A stretch of DNA of 64,000 nt. Origin: Bacillota bacterium. Lineage in GTDB: Bacteria > Bacillota > Sulfobacillia > Sulfobacillales > Sulfobacillaceae. The notes under the pieces are model-generated. The model was given only the letters and a program-made list of their open reading frames with translations, was not told the DNA's origin and ran no database searches. The stretch lies in contig JAJZBJ010000001.1 in the NCBI GenBank assembly GCA_021798975.1, forward strand, positions 161 to 64,160, in the 5' to 3' direction. Numbering within the stretch: position 1 is the stretch's first letter; every line of letters begins with the position of its first letter. This document shows positions 58,792 to 64,000 of this stretch, one piece after another. Made by a program: the position numbers and the translations under genes.

Positions 58792-60171
58792 ATAAGCCAG
58801 CTTGACCCGTCCTCAGAGCGTCTTTCATTAGAATCCTCCGATTTCGACCATGTATGGCATCCCTTAACCCAGCATCAAGGAGCGCGACCGCTCATCATTG
58901 CCCGCGGCAATAAGTCCTGGGTATACGATGTGGATGGACGCCCCTTCCTCGATGCGGCCGCCGGTCTGTGGTGCGTGAATGTGGGCTACGGACGCCAAGA
59001 GTTGATTGACGCCGGCGCCCGCCAACTCAGCGAACTGGCGTATTATCCCTTGACCCAAAGCCATCCGGCCGCTATTCAATTGGGAGAACGTCTGGGCGAC
59101 CTCCTGCCCCACACACCCCACTTCTATTTTTCGAATTCGGGTTCCGAGGCTAATGAAGTCGCCTTTAAACTGGTACGTCAGTACTGGCGGCAGCAAGGGC
59201 GGCCCGACAAAGTGAAAATTTTATCCCGCCATCGCGCCTATCACGGCTCAACCCTCGGGGCTTTGTCTGCCACGGGACAAGGCGAGCGTCGACGCGATTA
59301 CGGTCCGCTCGCCCCAGGGTTCATCCAGGTAGCGGCCGCCTACTGCTATCGCTGCCCGTTTGATGAAAGCGCCCCCCAGGCTCCACACCAATGCGCCCTC
59401 GATTTCGAGCGGCGTATCCGCATGGAAGACCCCGACACGGTCGCAGCCATTATTGTGGAGCCGGTCGTGGCCGGAGGCGGGGTGCTGGTGGCGCCCGACG
59501 ACTACCTGGCGCAGGTGGCCGGCATCGCCCGGAAATACGACGTCAAGTTAATCGTGGACGAGGTGGTGACCGGATTCGGCCGGACCGGCGATATGTTTGC
59601 GCATGTCGGCTACGGCATCAAGCCCGATATCGTGACCATGGCCAAAGGGTTGGCCAGCGGTTACATGCCGATTGGGGCCACAGCGGTCAGCGAGGACATC
59701 TTCCAAGCCTTTATGGGCGACCCCGACAGCGGACGTCACTTCCGGCACGTCAACACCTTCGGCGGACACCCGGTTGCCGCCGCTGTATCTCTCGCAAACA
59801 TTGACGTGATTGAACAGGAAGAACTGGTGGGAAGGAGCCGTGAGCAGGGCGGCATCCTCTTGCGCCAACTCAAGGAAGCGCTGTCCGGCCTGCCATGGGT
59901 CGGGGACATTCGGGGGCGCGGACTCTTAGTCGGCATCGAACTCGTCCGCGACCGGAGCACTAAGGAGCCCGTGTCCAATCCATTCATGCGCTCTATGGCG
60001 CGTTTCTTAATCGACCATGGCATCCTAGCCGGGAAAGCCACCGATGTGGAGGCTTCCCACAATAATGTTCTCATGTTCGCCCCGCCCCTTATCATCAATG
60101 ACGACGAATGCGAGATCTTGGTGGATACAGTAGCCCGGGGGATTGCTGAAATCGGCGCCCAGGCGCTTTAA
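58792..60171 (+). CDS. Class III PLP aminotransferase (omega-amine/putrescine type); start codon uncertain, apparently non-canonical
   Basis: HVWHPLTQH, AGLWCVNVGYG, SGSEANE, YHG, DEVVTGFGRTG, TMAKG. Confidence 0.88.
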   Translation: MSQLDPSSERLSLESSDFDHVWHPLTQHQGARPLIIARGNKSWVYDVDGRPFLDAAAGLWCVNVGYGRQELIDAGARQLSELAYYPLTQSHPAAIQLGERLGDLLPHTPHFYFSNSGSEANEVAFKLVRQYWRQQGRPDKVKILSRHRAYHGSTLGALSATGQGERRRDYGPLAPGFIQVAAAYCYRCPFDESAPQAPHQCALDFERRIRMEDPDTVAAIIVEPVVAGGGVLVAPDDYLAQVAGIARKYDVKLIVDEVVTGFGRTGDMFAHVGYGIKPDIVTMAKGLASGYMPIGATAVSEDIFQAFMGDPDSGRHFRHVNTFGGHPVAAAVSLANIDVIEQEELVGRSREQGGILLRQLKEALSGLPWVGDIRGRGLLVGIELVRDRSTKEPVSNPFMRSMARFLIDHGILAGKATDVEASHNNVLMFAPPLIINDDECEILVDTVARGIAEIGAQAL

Positions 60172-60461
60172 GGCAACTTTGACAACGGGATGAAGTGGTT
60201 GACAAGCCCTAGGACCCTGACATGGTATCCTAGGGCGTTCGTGCGATAGATGCTAAATAGAAGATAGTTGTCGCGGACTGTGCTGGACGCCACGGCGGAG
60301 GCCAGACTGCCCGGAAAGACGGACGACAAGGCTCCCAGCACACCGGAAGCATGGGCCTGGATTTCTTGAACGGCCCACGCGGTATAGAGCGGCATGGGCG
60401 GATTAGTGACAGCCAATACCACCAACGCAGCTGCCAAGAGCAGCCATTTAATTTGGCGCAC
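60168..60461 (-). CDS. Small exported protein (DUF4359-like)
   Basis: LAVTNP...Y, RDNYLLFSIY, LGLVNHFIP. Confidence 0.65.
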   Translation of the reverse strand: MRQIKWLLLAAALVVLAVTNPPMPLYTAWAVQEIQAHASGVLGALSSVFPGSLASAVASSTVRDNYLLFSIYRTNALGYHVRVLGLVNHFIPLSKLP

Positions 60462-60663
60462 ACGTATCCACCTCCATATTCTGCACTTAGTATGCCCATG
60501 GTTTGGAAATTCTCAGCAAACCTTTAGGATCCGTCAGGAGATCTTCAATTTCGCGGCTCTTGTCCCATGTTACGATGACCATGACGAGCTTCCCGCGGCA
60601 GTCTCGAGCGTCTTTGCTTTGGGCATTTGGATCGCGGAACACACTCCAGAGAGGGGTTTTTGC

Positions 60664-61578
60664 GTGACTCAGCCGAACTTCCTGATTCTTGGAGCGCCGC
60701 GCTCTGCCACGACCTTCCTGTATCGTGCAGTCAATGAACATCCGCAAATCTTCATGAGCTCTTTCAAAGAACCGGGATTTTTTACCCACGACCAGCGTAC
60801 GCCCGATTGGATATCGCCCATGGGGGTGTCGAATCACATCCGATCGTGGGATGAGTATTTGCACTTGTTCGACGGCAGCGAAGATTATGCCCTGCGCGGC
60901 GAGGCGTCGACCACCTATCTCGCTGACGGCCATGCCGCCCAGCGCATTAAAGAACGCTTGACCGAACCTCCGCGCATGGTGGCCATTTTGCGAAATCCGG
61001 TGGATCGCGCCTATTCCCACTACATATATCACCGTATGCTGAATACCGAACCCGCGGAGCGTTTCGAAGATGCCTTGGCAGATGAGGCCAACCGGTCGCG
61101 GAACAACTGGAATATCCAATGGAGGTACCGGGAAGCAGGACTCTACAGCAGACAACTGGCCCGTTACTTTGAGTTGTTTGGCAAAGAACAGCTGCTCATC
61201 CTGTTGACCGAGGATTTCCGGGACCAGACGAAAGTGCTGGAGCGTGTATTCGATTTTTTGGGATTGGACAACTCGGTCCCAGTGGCATTAGAAGGTAAGG
61301 TGAACCAATCGGGCGTCTCCAAGGGCTCCATGGCTTCTTGGATCCTGCAGAGCCGCAATCCGTTGAAGCTTATTGCACGACGCATCTTACCCGCCCCCAT
61401 GCGTTCGCGCCTTCGCAGCCAACTCACCGACAAGCCGCCGGAGATGCGGGCCCAAACCCGTCGGGAATTGGAATGTTTTTACCACGATGACATTTTGCGC
61501 ACGCAGGATCTCATTGGCCGCGACCTGGGCGAATGGCTCCAAGCTTCCTTGGACAACGTTGTAAGCCGCACTTCGTGA
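60664..61578 (+). CDS. PAPS-dependent sulfotransferase
   Basis: PNFLILGAPRSATT (5'-PSB), KEPGFF, GEAST, LRNPVDRAYS (3'-PB). Confidence 0.9.
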   Translation: MTQPNFLILGAPRSATTFLYRAVNEHPQIFMSSFKEPGFFTHDQRTPDWISPMGVSNHIRSWDEYLHLFDGSEDYALRGEASTTYLADGHAAQRIKERLTEPPRMVAILRNPVDRAYSHYIYHRMLNTEPAERFEDALADEANRSRNNWNIQWRYREAGLYSRQLARYFELFGKEQLLILLTEDFRDQTKVLERVFDFLGLDNSVPVALEGKVNQSGVSKGSMASWILQSRNPLKLIARRILPAPMRSRLRSQLTDKPPEMRAQTRRELECFYHDDILRTQDLIGRDLGEWLQASLDNVVSRTS

Positions 61579-61683
61579 CATCCCTGCCGCCTGGTGTTCT
61601 CCCGGCAAACCCAGAATTTGGATCCCACACTTCAGGCGTCCCTCAGGCAGGGACGCTAAAATGCGTAATGGGGTGAATCATCG

Positions 61684-62805
61684 ATGGCCAAGACGAACGG
61701 ACGCACCTATGTATATCCCTTAGACTTCGTACGAGCCCTCACCATCGTGGGCGTCGTCGCCGTGCACGCGGTTCGATTTGGCTTGGTTCCCGCGCATCCG
61801 GCAACGGGCGGCCTCACCCAGCTATTCTTTCAATGGGGCCGCATCTCATTCATGATTGTCACCGGCTTCATCGTAGCCTATCAATATCGTGACCGAAGTC
61901 CTCGTTGGTGGTCGTTCTTTGGCCGCCGCGCGCGGAGTGCCGGAGCCCCATATGTGCTGTGGCTGGCCATCTTCCTGCTAGAGACAGTATCCCTATGGCC
62001 GCTCGGCCCCTATTTGAGTCAATATCTTCACGTCCTGCCGAACGGCAACGGCCACTTGTACTACATGATTATTACCTTTCAAATGTACCTATTGACCCCG
62101 CTCCTCATCTGGACCCTGCGCAAGACCAAGCAGCACATGCGCTGGATTGTACTGGCAGCCGTCATGTGGCAGATCGTGTCGTGGGTGATGATGGGATACT
62201 TTGGTCAGCCATGGGCTCCCCCGCTGTGGGTAACCACGTACATTGGATATTTCATTGTCGGCGGGTATTTGGGATACAACTGGCCGGTTTGGCGTGAGCG
62301 ACTGGCCGCCCGTCGCGCGCTTTTTCGCAACCTGCTCATCCCAGCCATGCTGATGGTGGCTGCAGCCTTTTTCGTCGATGACCGATTCCTGGGCGGACTC
62401 GGGTTGTCCACGACTATGTTCCAGCCTTCCAGTGTCATTTTCGGCTTATTCATCACGCTGACCCTCTTGGCAGGCGGAACCTGGTTCGAGGAGGTCCGCC
62501 CGGAGCGGCCTAGACTGGCTTGGGGGATTGGAATCGTGGCCGATGCATCGTTTGGGATATATCTGGTCCATCCCCTCTTCGTCCATGGATGGCTCGACCT
62601 CGCGCGGGACATGCACTGGGGCATCAATCCCATTCTCAACACCGGGATTACCGTGGTGGCGGGCGTTGTGCTCAGCGTGGCGGTGGTTTGGATTATCCGA
62701 TTGCTCCCATTCTCGGAATATATCATTGGCACCAAGCGCCGCCGCAGTCCGCGCGTCGGTGTTGCATCGCACCGGTCCCCAAGAAAGCCGACCGCCGCTT
62801 CTTAG
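61684..62805 (+). CDS. Acyltransferase family 3 membrane protein
   Basis: LDFVRAL...VVAVH, HLYYM...QMY, SFGIYLVHP. Confidence 0.9.
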   Translation: MAKTNGRTYVYPLDFVRALTIVGVVAVHAVRFGLVPAHPATGGLTQLFFQWGRISFMIVTGFIVAYQYRDRSPRWWSFFGRRARSAGAPYVLWLAIFLLETVSLWPLGPYLSQYLHVLPNGNGHLYYMIITFQMYLLTPLLIWTLRKTKQHMRWIVLAAVMWQIVSWVMMGYFGQPWAPPLWVTTYIGYFIVGGYLGYNWPVWRERLAARRALFRNLLIPAMLMVAAAFFVDDRFLGGLGLSTTMFQPSSVIFGLFITLTLLAGGTWFEEVRPERPRLAWGIGIVADASFGIYLVHPLFVHGWLDLARDMHWGINPILNTGITVVAGVVLSVAVVWIIRLLPFSEYIIGTKRRRSPRVGVASHRSPRKPTAAS

Positions 62806-62838
62806 CAAATTGCCTGCAGAGAGCCCCCCGGGCGATGG

Positions 62839-62884
62839 TACACAGAAACCCCCCGGCCCAGAATGGGTCGGGGGTTTCTGTGTA
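62839..62884. terminator. Bidirectional terminator
   Basis: TACACAGAAACCCC...GGGGTTTCTGTGTA long stem between convergent genes. Confidence 0.85.
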
Positions 62885-62897
62885 GTGCGGGATTAGG

Positions 62898-64000
62898 CTA
62901 CTTGCCAATCCACCAGTACTGCCACAGCGGGTAGCCGGTAACCGGGTTCAGGGTCGCCTGGTTGACGCCGTGAACGTTCTTGGCCACCGCTTCGATGGTA
63001 CCGGGGTTGTTAATGAACAACACCGGCAACTGCTTTGCCGTGTAGGACTCGAACTGGAAGAAGGTCCTCAAGTTAGCCGCAGCGTTGGCCGCAGGCTGGG
63101 TGGTCTTAGTGATGAGGGCGTTCTCAGTCGGGTCGTTGTACCCGAAGAAGTCGAGTCCGCCGCCGTTCTTGAACACCTCTTCACCAGAGGGGTAGGAGCC
63201 GCCGTAGGTGATGCCGATACCCGACACGGCGTCCCACTTGCCTTCGTCAGCCGGGTTGGTGATGATACCCACCATGCTAGCAAACGGTTGCGGGTCAAGC
63301 GTGACCTTCACGCCGATTTGGGCGAAGTCACTCTGGATTAAGGCCATCTCGTCGGTGGTCGCCTGGCTGCCGGAGGAGTACATGATGGTGAACGCCAGCT
63401 TCTGGCCGTTCTTGGTCATGACGCCGCCGGTTTCCTTCCAACCATTCGAGGTCAAGAGCTTCTTGGCCTTGGCCAAGTTGTACGGATACGTCGGCTTCTG
63501 CAACGCCGGGTCGAGGAACGAAGTCGCCGGCTTGGACGGAATCGGCCCATATTGCGGCGGCGCATATCCAAAGTAAATGGACTTGTCGATGGCCGGCTGC
63601 GGAATAGCCATTTCCAGAGCCTGCCGGACGTACAGTTGCTGGAAGACCGGACCCATCCCGCCTTCAGCGTTGCTGTTCAAGTTCAACGATAGGAACTGGT
63701 AACCGAAATTGTAACCGGCCCACAGGTTGTCAACGCTCTTCAGCTCGCCGCGGGCACCAAATTCAGACAGGTCCACATATCCAACCTGCACACTTCCCGT
63801 CTTCAGAGCCGCGAACTCCGAGGAGTTCGACCCTTGGTACGCCAGGATGATGTTGGACAGCGCGTGCGGGCCGCTGTACGCGTTGTTCGGAACCAATTTC
63901 CACGACTGGCTGGACACGGCGCTGGCCAACTTGTACGGGCCGTCTACGACCGTGTCGAATTTGGGATTGGTCGCCTGCTTGCCCAAGTACACGATTTCCT
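62898..64000 (-). CDS. Peptide/nickel ABC substrate-binding protein (family 5), partial
   Basis: VVDGPYKL, VRQAL, YPYNLAKAKKLLTSNGW; start lies outside the window. Confidence 0.88.
   Translation of the reverse strand, partial: EIVYLGKQATNPKFDTVVDGPYKLASAVSSQSWKLVPNNAYSGPHALSNIILAYQGSNSSEFAALKTGSVQVGYVDLSEFGARGELKSVDNLWAGYNFGYQFLSLNLNSNAEGGMGPVFQQLYVRQALEMAIPQPAIDKSIYFGYAPPQYGPIPSKPATSFLDPALQKPTYPYNLAKAKKLLTSNGWKETGGVMTKNGQKLAFTIMYSSGSQATTDEMALIQSDFAQIGVKVTLDPQPFASMVGIITNPADEGKWDAVSGIGITYGGSYPSGEEVFKNGGGLDFFGYNDPTENALITKTTQPAANAAANLRTFFQFESYTAKQLPVLFINNPGTIEAVAKNVHGVNQATLNPVTGYPLWQYWWIGK

Noticed and set aside
60394-60663. Extended N-terminus of the sulfotransferase
   Set aside because: Overlaps the opposite-strand gene and its upstream region; the family motif begins right after GTG 60664
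1987-63576. Numerous alternative-frame and antisense ORFs in the track
   Set aside because: Expected shadows in GC-rich DNA; no motifs or RBS, and they overlap well-supported genes

Overview
A GC-rich (roughly 60% by eye) chromosomal window from a spore-forming Bacillota member: it has bofA, the tadA-tRNA-SRP RNA-dnaX-ybaB-recR backbone and qoxABCD. The gene content looks Sulfobacillus-like, but that is inference. Ordinary content: mntH, gltX, three tRNAs, a short SRP RNA, an OmpR-family two-component pair, a Ugp-like ABC importer, aceBA, an aa3-type quinol oxidase, a YtrA-type GntR/ABC operon, polyamine-type catabolic enzymes, a sulfotransferase and an acyltransferase. No integrase, transposase, prophage or CRISPR array was seen. 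Two things stand out. (1) A ~16.6 kb surface-glycan locus (20722-37300) joins Pel-like genes (pelF, pelG-like, PelA-type hydrolase, no recognisable pelD/pelE) to an exosortase with an adjacent candidate substrate. That substrate has a signal peptide, GGNQGNQ repeats and a PETP-TM-RKRR C-terminal tail. The locus also holds three paralogous GT-C-like membrane proteins, a DPM1-like GT2, a partly degenerate HD-GYP protein and two DivIVA-like proteins. (2) A probable selenoprotein at 43146-43928 is split in two by the ORF track: a degenerate RluA-like domain reads through an in-frame UGA into a glutaredoxin/NrdH domain with a U-S-V-C motif, followed by a well-placed SECIS-like hairpin. All protein calls come from motif recognition by eye; no database searches were run.
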